Both the position numbers and the translations under genes were made by a program. A DNA stretch of 55,161 nucleotides from Bacteroidota bacterium (GTDB lineage Bacteria; Bacteroidota; Bacteroidia; 2-12-FULL-35-15): assembly GCA_043742725.1 (NCBI GenBank), contig JAYTXX010000029.1, positions 1 through 55,161 on the forward strand, given 5' to 3'. Under the pieces are notes generated by a model. The model did no database searches. It saw only the letters and a list, made by a program, of their open reading frames with translations, and was not told the DNA's origin. How positions within the stretch are numbered: the stretch's first letter is position 1; each line of letters starts with the position of its first letter. Shown one piece after another: positions 28,183-36,069 of the stretch.

Positions 28183-29079
28183 TTAATTCAATATAGATAA
28201 CATTCTATCATACATGTTTTTGAAAATATTGAAGTTGTAACTATCTTGTTCACCAAATGATACTATTCCCATAAATGTATCCATGCTTAAATTATTATTA
28301 GATAAAGTATGTATTGGGACTTGAAGTAAAACGATAAAACCTATTGTTCTGTTATCCTTATTAAATCGATCAAATTCTTTTATGTTTTGTTGTATCCATT
28401 CTGTCGTTTGTTGTTGAAGAATATTTTTCCGAGTTAATACATCGTTTACAACAATTGTACTATGTAATGAATTTATTAGTTTTCCAATTGAAAATGCAAT
28501 TATTCCTCTACCCTTTTCATCCGATTCATAACGTGATTTTAGTTGAGAATGCGCTTTTTCAATATTTCTAACAATTTGCTTCACACTAGAAGGTCTTTTA
28601 CATTCAATATAAAAATTTCCATTATTTGTTTTATATTCTAAATCTCCTTCATCATTAAAAATAATATCGTATCCGCCACGAATAAGTCGAGAACCTATTA
28701 TTAATTCAAATCCAATATCTCTTGGTTGATTAGAATTTTTTGATGGATTTTCTTCATCAATATTTATTGGTCCTTCAATATATCTGCCTACTCTTTTTAT
28801 TAATTCATCGTTAACCTGAATTTTCATTAACCCTTGAGTAATTTCTATAAATTCTGTTAAGTCAAAAAAAGAATTTGAATATTCTCTGTACTCATCAGTC
28901 CCCTTTAATTTATTTAACTGTCCAACTTCAATTATTTTTATGTAATTCTCTAATTTTTTCTGATAGGAATTAATCCTATTATATGAATTAATTCCATTTT
29001 GATTTAACCATACTATCCCACTTTTAGAATCATTAAGTTGTTTATATAACCCTTCTAGCTCTTCGTTATTTATTTCCAT
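28183..29079 (-). CDS. Hypothetical protein with a PD-(D/E)xK nuclease-like motif
   Basis: 298 aa. DIGFELIIGSRL...GDLEYKTNNGNFYIECKRP fits the E...D...ExK restriction-endonuclease-fold signature. This is motif-level evidence only. Confidence 0.65.
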   Translation of the reverse strand: MEINNEELEGLYKQLNDSKSGIVWLNQNGINSYNRINSYQKKLENYIKIIEVGQLNKLKGTDEYREYSNSFFDLTEFIEITQGLMKIQVNDELIKRVGRYIEGPINIDEENPSKNSNQPRDIGFELIIGSRLIRGGYDIIFNDEGDLEYKTNNGNFYIECKRPSSVKQIVRNIEKAHSQLKSRYESDEKGRGIIAFSIGKLINSLHSTIVVNDVLTRKNILQQQTTEWIQQNIKEFDRFNKDNRTIGFIVLLQVPIHTLSNNNLSMDTFMGIVSFGEQDSYNFNIFKNMYDRMLSILN

Positions 29080-29130
29080 TTTCGCTTATTTAATTGAATA
29101 AAATATACCACAAAAAGAATATAACTATAA

Positions 29131-29215
29131 TCACCCAGCAGCAGCCTGGTGTCCTCACCCACAACAACTATTTACAAGCGCTTTGCTTGTTATAATTCTA
29201 AAACAAATTTGAATT
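29131..29215 (-). repeat. Island repeat copy R7 (inverted orientation, diverged)
   Basis: The reverse complement reads AAATTTGTTTTAGAATTATAACAAGCAAAGCGCTTGTAAATAGTTGTTGTGGGTGAGGACACCAGGCTGCTGCTGGGTGA and is colinear with R5/R6, including the GTGAGGACA loop. Confidence 0.65.
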
Positions 29216-29225
29216 TTTATTGGTT

Positions 29226-29441
29226 TTATCCTTTACCAATTTTTTCTAGTTCCATTCCGCAAACAGGGCAGTTGCCTGGTTTATCATACGTTTTTCCATC
29301 GCATTTCATAGGGCATTCATAAGCATCTGCTTTTGTTTCTGTGGGAGTTTGTTCTTGTTTTTTTTCTTCGCCTCCACAGCTTGTAATTGTTACTGTTGAG
29401 AATAAAAGTAATGCGCTAAATATAATCGTTGCTTTTTTCAT
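29226..29441 (-). CDS. Small lipoprotein with a heavy-metal-binding zinc-ribbon-like domain
   Basis: Start moved to MKKATIIFSALLLFSTVTITSCGG (lipobox). The C-terminus reads YECPMKCDGKTYDKPGNCPVCGMELEK (CPxxC...CPxCGMxL). Confidence 0.7.
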   Translation of the reverse strand: MKKATIIFSALLLFSTVTITSCGGEEKKQEQTPTETKADAYECPMKCDGKTYDKPGNCPVCGMELEKIGKG

Positions 29442-29559
29442 AGTGTTTTTTTGTTGCACCAATTTACAACTTTTATAAATGTGTTTTATGAATTTTACTT
29501 TCAATTATTTTATTTTACCGTTCAACACAATTTTAATTTGCTTGTTATTTTTTACTTAC

Positions 29560-29567
29560 TATATTTG
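29560..29567 (+). promoter_or_regulatory. Candidate -7 promoter box (TAtaTTTG)
   Basis: TAnnTTTG match 38 nt upstream of the ATG at 29606. Confidence 0.4.
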
Positions 29568-29605
29568 ATACAAACAAATTTCAATATCACAAAAACCACA
29601 ACACT

Positions 29606-30313
29606 ATGAACAAATCAAAAATAGCATTGCTTCTTCTTTTTGTTGGAGCATCGTTCAGCGCATCATCACAAACAGTTGATGAAATTGTAAACAAACATAT
29701 TGAAGCCATTGGCGGAAAAGACAATTGGGCAAAAGTTAAAAGTGTTCGCACCGAAATGAGTATGAAAGCAAATGGCGCAGATATAAAAATGACACAAACA
29801 CAAATTGATAAAAAATGTATGCGTATGGATATTGCTGTTATGGGAATGACAGGCTATCAAATTCTTACAAACACAGATGGTTGGATGTTTATGCCATTTC
29901 AAGGACAAACAAAACCAGAGCCACTTACAGCAGATGATGTGAAAACCGGACAAGATGAATTAGATATAAATGATGAATTTATTACCTACAAAAGTTTAGG
30001 AAAAAAATTAGAATACATTGGCAAAGATGATGTGGACGGAACAGAATGTTTTAAACTAAAAATGACAGATAAAGATGCGCAAGAAACTACTTTTTATATT
30101 GACCCAAGCAACTATTATGTAATAAAAGAAACACGCAAAATAAAAGCAAACGGAAAAGAAGTTGAGTCATCTACAATGTATGCCAATTACAAAAAATTAG
30201 ATTCGGGAATTGTTTATCCAATGTCTATAAATGGCGACAATGGCGATATTGAAGTAACCAAAGTAGAAATAAACCCAACCATTGACGAGAGTATTTTTAA
30301 AGTTGCAAAATAA
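29606..30313 (+). CDS. LolA-fold outer-membrane lipoprotein-sorting-like protein
   Basis: Signal peptide followed by VDEIVNKHIEAIGGKDNWAKVKS...DGTECFKLKMTDKD..TFYIDPSNYY, typical of this secreted family. Confidence 0.6.
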   Translation: MNKSKIALLLLFVGASFSASSQTVDEIVNKHIEAIGGKDNWAKVKSVRTEMSMKANGADIKMTQTQIDKKCMRMDIAVMGMTGYQILTNTDGWMFMPFQGQTKPEPLTADDVKTGQDELDINDEFITYKSLGKKLEYIGKDDVDGTECFKLKMTDKDAQETTFYIDPSNYYVIKETRKIKANGKEVESSTMYANYKKLDSGIVYPMSINGDNGDIEVTKVEINPTIDESIFKVAK

Positions 30314-30395
30314 ACACAATACACCACTAAGGCACAAAGAACACAAGTACCACTTAGTGAAATTTTATTTCTTTAGTAATAAAAAATTTCATCCT

Positions 30396-33300
30396 ATGAA
30401 AAAATCTATTCTTCTTATCTTCATGCTGAACTTGTTTCAGCATCACAACTTAAATGCACAATCGCCAGTAACATCAGCAATGTTTGGAACAATGGAAGCT
30501 CGCCAACTTGGACCAGGAACAATGAGTGGTCGCATTACAGCCATAGAAGGCGTTAACAGCGATGAAGGAAAAACCATTTATATTGGCACAGCTGGTGGAG
30601 GTGTTTGGAAATCTACAAGTGCTGGAGCATCCTATAAATCATTGTTCGATAAATATTGCCAATCAATTGGAGCGTTGGCTATCAATCAAAAAAATCCCAC
30701 AACCATTTATGTTGGAACAGGAGAAAGTAATATGCGAAATTCTGTTTCTATTGGAAATGGTATGTATAAAACTACTGATGGTGGCGACAACTGGAAAATG
30801 ATTGGTTTAGATAGCACAGAGCATATTTCAAAAATTGTTCTAAACCCCGAAAACCCAGATATTATTTATGTTTCTGTTCCCGGACCATTGTGGAGCAACA
30901 GCAAAAATAGAGGCTTGTACAAATCAACCAACGCAGGAGAAACATGGGAAAAAATATTATACATAGATGACCAAACTGGTTGTGCCGATATTTTAATAGA
31001 CCCGAGCAATCCAAACATTTTATTTGCATCTATGTGGCAATTTAGAAGAATGCCTTACAGTTTTAATTCGGGCGGAAAAACAAGTGGGCTCTACAAAAGC
31101 ACCGATGCTGGAAAAACATGGAAAGAAATTAAAAATGGTTTACCCGAAAAGCCTTTCGGAAGAATAGCAATGACACTTGCGCCAAGCGACCCTAAAAAAA
31201 TGTGGGCAATTGTTGAAAGCAACAAAACCGGATTATATATTTCTGATGATGCAGGAGAAACATGGAAAAACCAAAGCGCAACAATGAATGTGGTTGCTCG
31301 TCCTTTTTATTTCAGCACCATTGTGGTTGATCCAAAAGACCCGAAACGAGTGTATCGTCCTGCATTTCAATTTTCATATAGTAGTGATGGTGGCTATTCA
31401 TTTACCGAAGCAAGTAGTGATGGTGGCTGGGTTCACAGCGATATGCATGCATTATGGATTAATCCAACAAACACAAGTGTAATGTATGTGGGAACAGATG
31501 GTGGTATTTATATGAGTGTTGATAAAGGCATTACATGGCAATTTAATCACGGTTTGCCTGTTGGACAATTTTACCATGTTGCAATTGATAACAAAGAACC
31601 TTACAATGTGTATGGCGGTTTGCAAGACAATGGAAGCTGGAAAGCGCCAAGTGCAGCACCAGGCGGAGTAAACAATGCACGTTGGGAAAATGTTGGTGGT
31701 GGCGATGGTTTTTGGGTTCAACCAGATATTGATGGTAAAACAGTTTATTCCGAATCACAAGGAGGAAACGTAAATCGTACCGATATGACAACAATGAAAT
31801 CGGAGTTTATTCAGCCTCAAAAAACAAGCAAAGAAGACGCTAAAAAACTGCGCTGGAATTGGAATACACCAATTGTAATTGGAGCAAAAAATCCACATAA
31901 TTTATATATTGCATGTCAATATTTATATAAATCAACAGACCAAGGTCGCAACTGGAAGCGCATTTCGCCCGACTTAACAACCAACGATAAAAAGAAACAA
32001 GAACAAGAAGATAGCGGAGGATTAAGTGCTGATAATACTTCGGCAGAAAACCATTGCACCATATTTACAATTGCAGAATCTTCACTTGATGAAAATATTA
32101 TTTGGGTTGGTACCGATGATGGAAACTTGCAATACACAACAGATGCAGGAACAACATGGACAAATGTTTCGATGAATGTAACAAAATGTGGAATTGCAAA
32201 ACAAGCATGGGTAAGCAGCATTCAGCCTTCTGTGTTTGATAAAAACACAGTGTATGCAACTTTTGAAAATCACATGTATGGCGACCACCAAACTTATCTT
32301 GGAAAAACCACCGATATGGGAAAAACATGGACAAGAATTACAAGCAAAGAATTTACAGGTTTTGCTCATAAAATAAAAGAAGATTTGGTAAACAAAAATT
32401 TATTGTTTCTTGGAACAGAAATGGGATTATTTGCAACCGTTGATGGTGGCAACACATGGTTTCGTATGAAAAACAATATTCCTGAATACGCATTGGTGCG
32501 CGACATTCAAATCAATCCAACAACTCACGATTTAGTTGTTGCAACTCACGGAAGAGGAATTTTTATTTTAGATGATATTCGTGCAATAAGAAATTTAACA
32601 AAAGATATTTGGGAACAAGAAGTTTATTTATTTCCAACTCCAGATATAACATTAAACAATGGAAAGTATGGTTGGGGCGGACCTGAAGTTTCTGGAGGTT
32701 GGGGTACAGGAAATCCTCCATCAACGCCATCAATTGACTATTATTTAAAACAACGATTGGGTTCGGGAAAAGCATCTGTAGAAATTTATGATGACCAAGG
32801 GAATTTAGTACAAACCATTCCTGGCGGTATTCGTAGAGGTATTAACAAAGTATATTGGAACTTGCGAAGCACACCTCCTCGTGTTGCAAAAGGAAGCACA
32901 AAAATAGATGGTGCTGGATTTACCGCACCAATGGTGCCTCCAGGAACATATACTATAAAACTAAAACTGAAAGACAAAGAATATACTAGCAAAGTAAATT
33001 GTGTGCATGATAATGAAAATAAAGACTTGTCTTTAGAAGATAGAAAAATGGTGTATGAAAATGCAATGCGCTTGCAAGGATTGTATAATAATGTAAATAA
33101 TTTAATTGATTCGGTGAATACATATCAAGGTGATTTGAAAAAAGATTCTGTTGCTTTCTCGAAAAACAAAAACAACAAATTGTTTTATGACGAGCTTGAA
33201 AAAACAAGAGGAGCTTTAATGGCAACAAAGAAAACATCCATATTTGCTGATGAAGAACGCATCAGAGAAAAAATTTCTTCGCTTTACGGAACCTTTTCAT

Positions 33301-33428
33301 ATATGGAAGCAAAGCCAAACTCAACACAACTCGAAGCAATTGAAGTGTTGATAAACGAATACAAAGCACAAGAAGAAACATTCAGAAAAACGCTGAAAAA
33401 GTACAAAACAACAAAAATTGCGATGTAG
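30396..33428 (+). CDS. Secreted BNR/Asp-box (sortilin/VPS10-like) beta-propeller protein
   Basis: Start moved to MKKSILLIFMLNLF. At least 9 Asp-box motifs are present (TTDGGDNW, STNAGETW, STDAGKTW, SDDAGETW, STDQGRNW, TTDAGTTW, TTDMGKTW, TVDGGNTW and others). Confidence 0.85.
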   Translation: MKKSILLIFMLNLFQHHNLNAQSPVTSAMFGTMEARQLGPGTMSGRITAIEGVNSDEGKTIYIGTAGGGVWKSTSAGASYKSLFDKYCQSIGALAINQKNPTTIYVGTGESNMRNSVSIGNGMYKTTDGGDNWKMIGLDSTEHISKIVLNPENPDIIYVSVPGPLWSNSKNRGLYKSTNAGETWEKILYIDDQTGCADILIDPSNPNILFASMWQFRRMPYSFNSGGKTSGLYKSTDAGKTWKEIKNGLPEKPFGRIAMTLAPSDPKKMWAIVESNKTGLYISDDAGETWKNQSATMNVVARPFYFSTIVVDPKDPKRVYRPAFQFSYSSDGGYSFTEASSDGGWVHSDMHALWINPTNTSVMYVGTDGGIYMSVDKGITWQFNHGLPVGQFYHVAIDNKEPYNVYGGLQDNGSWKAPSAAPGGVNNARWENVGGGDGFWVQPDIDGKTVYSESQGGNVNRTDMTTMKSEFIQPQKTSKEDAKKLRWNWNTPIVIGAKNPHNLYIACQYLYKSTDQGRNWKRISPDLTTNDKKKQEQEDSGGLSADNTSAENHCTIFTIAESSLDENIIWVGTDDGNLQYTTDAGTTWTNVSMNVTKCGIAKQAWVSSIQPSVFDKNTVYATFENHMYGDHQTYLGKTTDMGKTWTRITSKEFTGFAHKIKEDLVNKNLLFLGTEMGLFATVDGGNTWFRMKNNIPEYALVRDIQINPTTHDLVVATHGRGIFILDDIRAIRNLTKDIWEQEVYLFPTPDITLNNGKYGWGGPEVSGGWGTGNPPSTPSIDYYLKQRLGSGKASVEIYDDQGNLVQTIPGGIRRGINKVYWNLRSTPPRVAKGSTKIDGAGFTAPMVPPGTYTIKLKLKDKEYTSKVNCVHDNENKDLSLEDRKMVYENAMRLQGLYNNVNNLIDSVNTYQGDLKKDSVAFSKNKNNKLFYDELEKTRGALMATKKTSIFADEERIREKISSLYGTFSYMEAKPNSTQLEAIEVLINEYKAQEETFRKTLKKYKTTKIAM

Positions 33429-33436
33429 CAAAACAA

Positions 33437-34429
33437 ATGAAATTTCATTTAGAGTTTCCAATTGCTTCTTTTGCTGAAAAAATAAATTACGCACATTCGC
33501 TTTTTTTTGTTGGCTCTTGTTTTGCCGAAAACATTGGCGAAATAATGCAGCATTACAAATTTCGCACAACCATAAATCCACACGGTGTGCTGTATAATCC
33601 AGCAAGTATTGCCATTGCTTTACGCAGATATATTGAAAACAAAGAGATGCAAGAAGGTGAATTGTTTTTTGCAAACGATTGTTGGCACTCGCCAGAACAC
33701 CACAGTAGATTCTCAAACACTAATAAACAAAGCTGTTTAGGGGGCATCAATAAAAGTATTTCTGAAGCACATCACACATTAAAAAATGCAGACTGGTTGT
33801 TCGTAACACTTGGCTCTGCTTATGTTTACAAACAAAAAGAAAAAAATACCATCGTTGGTAATTGCCATAAATTGCCACAAAAAGAATTTACAAAACAGTT
33901 GTTAAGTGCTGAAGAAATTACAAACGATTACACTGCGCTTTTACAAGAATTAAAACAGTTTAATAACAAACTAAAAATTATTTTCACAATCAGTCCTGTG
34001 CGTTATATTCGTGATGGCGTTGTTGAAAACAACATTAGCAAAGCTCAATTAATACAAGCTGTTCACGAGCTCGTAAAACAAAACAATAACACATTTTATT
34101 TTCCTGCTTACGAATTAATTATTGATGATTTGCGTGATTATCGTTTTTATAAAACCGATTTGGTTCACCCAAACGAACAAGCAATTGAATATGTTTTTGA
34201 TAAATTAAAAACAGCAACATTTGATGAAGAAACAAATTTACTTTTTGAGAAAGTAAGAGACATTGTTGTAGCACTTTCACATCGTCCATTTAATAAAAAC
34301 AGCGAATCACATCAAAAATTCAAAGCAACATATTTAGAGCGTTGCAAACAACTACAAAAACAATATTCGTTTTTAGATTTTAGCGATGTATTAAGTTCAT
34401 TTGTTTCCAAACAAAAAAACAGTCCTTAA
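33437..34429 (+). CDS. GSCFA-family protein
   Basis: 330 aa containing the eponymous motif FFVGSCFAENIG and a later DLVHPNEQAIEY. Confidence 0.88.
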   Translation: MKFHLEFPIASFAEKINYAHSLFFVGSCFAENIGEIMQHYKFRTTINPHGVLYNPASIAIALRRYIENKEMQEGELFFANDCWHSPEHHSRFSNTNKQSCLGGINKSISEAHHTLKNADWLFVTLGSAYVYKQKEKNTIVGNCHKLPQKEFTKQLLSAEEITNDYTALLQELKQFNNKLKIIFTISPVRYIRDGVVENNISKAQLIQAVHELVKQNNNTFYFPAYELIIDDLRDYRFYKTDLVHPNEQAIEYVFDKLKTATFDEETNLLFEKVRDIVVALSHRPFNKNSESHQKFKATYLERCKQLQKQYSFLDFSDVLSSFVSKQKNSP

Positions 34430-34576
34430 TTCAGAACTGTTTTTTATTTAACAAAAACCCACCTAATCTTTGTTTCTACAAATACTTTTAATTTTCTCAT
34501 GTTTCCATTTTTCGTACCTCCATTTCTATTTTAAAATGTTTTTTTAATTCTCCCTTCACTCCTTCTGTACTACCTC

Positions 34577-34620
34577 CCCCTCTCCTCGAATGAAGGAGAG
34601 GGGTTAGGGGTGAGGTCTAA
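34577..34620 (-). repeat. GC-rich REP-like hairpin element (same family as 52712-52749)
   Basis: A 10-bp stem CCCCTCTCCT/AGGAGAGGGG (34577-34586 / 34595-34604) is followed by GTTAGGGGTGAGG. The reverse complement matches CCTCACCCCT..CCCCTCTCC-loop-GGAGAGGGG at 52712. Confidence 0.7.
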
Positions 34621-34696
34621 ATGTTCGTGCTTGATTTTTTTGTTACTTTTTTTTATCAAGAAAAAAAGTAAACATTAAATTTTGAAACCTGCAACC

Positions 34697-35494
34697 TTAA
34701 AACACATTCTGAATTTTCAAACTGTTCTCACTTGCCAACAAATAATAATTTCCATTCAACAGTTGAAAAAATTCTATTCCTACACAACCTATTAATCCTG
34801 CTGTTGCAACCATTGTTGGCGAACCCGCAATTGTTGCTGTTACAGTCGTTACACCACCAACCATGCCACCAATAGCAATGTAATTACTATACACCACTTT
34901 AGTTTTTCCATTGATAGTAGCATTTACAGGAAAGTAACTCTTTTTAGAAATGCTATAAGCATAGTCCGACAAAATACTTGCAGTATTCACAAATCGAAAG
35001 TGTGTTGCACCTTCTGGAGCACTTACAAAATCTGAAGTATTAAAATCAGGAACACTCAACACAGTTTCATTTCTTCCCGCATTAGCTGTATAAGTAAAAA
35101 TCGAATTAAAAACAGAACCAAACATTACACCAAACGTAATGTTATAGTCATTCAAAACTCCTGCATTGTTTACTATCTCTATCCCTCTTGCGCCACGCAC
35201 TCCTGCTCCATTTTCACATACTGCTCTAAACAATTTTGTCAATCGTGCCACAACATTTCTTCCTCCAAAAATTGTTATCAACTCCGCTATGCAAACACGA
35301 AAAGCTTTTGCCACATGTGCACTTCCTCCAAACTCCGACATGTTTTCACGTGTCCGTTTAAATGCTGGATCTTTTTCTATTTTTTCTTTCGATACTCCGC
35401 TTGGGGTTTTAACCAAGTCTTTTCCATTGTTTTCGTAAAAACTTAATCCGCCAACTTTTCCTTTGATACGGATTATTCCTTTTTGATAAGCCAT
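34697..35494 (-). CDS. Hypothetical 265-aa protein, compositionally atypical
   Basis: MAYQKGIIRIKGKVGGLSFYENNGKDLVKTPSGVSKEKI... with a Gly/Ala/Val/Thr-rich C-terminal half. It has no signal peptide and no motif I can name. G+C is clearly above that of its neighbours. Confidence 0.7.
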   Translation of the reverse strand: MAYQKGIIRIKGKVGGLSFYENNGKDLVKTPSGVSKEKIEKDPAFKRTRENMSEFGGSAHVAKAFRVCIAELITIFGGRNVVARLTKLFRAVCENGAGVRGARGIEIVNNAGVLNDYNITFGVMFGSVFNSIFTYTANAGRNETVLSVPDFNTSDFVSAPEGATHFRFVNTASILSDYAYSISKKSYFPVNATINGKTKVVYSNYIAIGGMVGGVTTVTATIAGSPTMVATAGLIGCVGIEFFQLLNGNYYLLASENSLKIQNVF

Positions 35495-35862
35495 AATTTC
35501 TAGTTATTAAATTGTTAATACTTATTTTATTTACAATTACACTCGTTTTTTAAACGCGTATCAAAATCAAGTGTAAATTTTTTGGGGGATGTTTTCGAAA
35601 CAGACGGTGGGTCTTTCCTATTTGCAACTTATAACGTAAGAAATCTATTTTGGTTATACTTTTTTTATTCCTTTTTTCAACAATTAACTAACAGCATGCA
35701 ATACCCCACATCAAAACGCCCAATTTTAAAGGCTTTCGAGGCTTCTGTAATTTGCTCATTATTTTAAATTCTCGACTGTAATGTGTTTTGATTCTTCTCA
35801 TTTTGTAAAGTTTACGCAGGGGGGCTTAGCTTTTTTATACTTTAGATTTTCGCAAATAATTA

Positions 35863-36069
35863 TTAAGAAATATTAATCCCATTCTCTCTTAAATTTTGTT
35901 TCAGATCATCTATTTCCCTTTCAAGTTGTCGTATGCGCTCAACTTGTCTTTCATTTGTTTTTCTTGGGATGAAAATTTCATTGCCGTACCTTCTTTCAAT
36001 TTCCGTATCTAAATTTTGTGCATCTGTTAAAAACTGTATATATTCTTCTTCTGTCGTATTTGCTATTGT
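35863..36069 (-). other. Start-less 68-codon open frame directly in frame after the T9SS gene stop (possible gene remnant)
   Basis: Reads TIANTTEEEYIQFLTDAQNLDTEIERRYGNEIFIPRKTNERQVERIRQLEREIDDLKQNLRENGINIS with no ATG/GTG/TTG in frame. Confidence 0.25.

Noticed and set aside
22891-29215. Canonical integron cassette array (attC sites)
   Set aside because: I looked for R''/R' pairs (RYYYAAC ... GTTRRRY). GTTGAGC or GTTGAAC occurs at the left edge of R4, R5 and R6. There is no complementary partner at the other end, one copy is inverted, and no intI-like gene is in the window. The array is cassette-like but does not fit the classical attC definition.
30282-30395. N-terminal extension of the BNR protein (ORF-track start 30282)
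   Set aside because: The extension overlaps the upstream gene and crosses a hairpin (CACTAAG/CTTAGTG, 30325-30359). A proper signal peptide begins at ATG 30396.
35688-35759. 23-aa minus-strand mini-ORF (MSKLQKPRKPLKLGVLMWGIACC) upstream of the 265-aa orphan
   Set aside because: It is too short to evaluate and no conservation evidence is available from the sequence alone.
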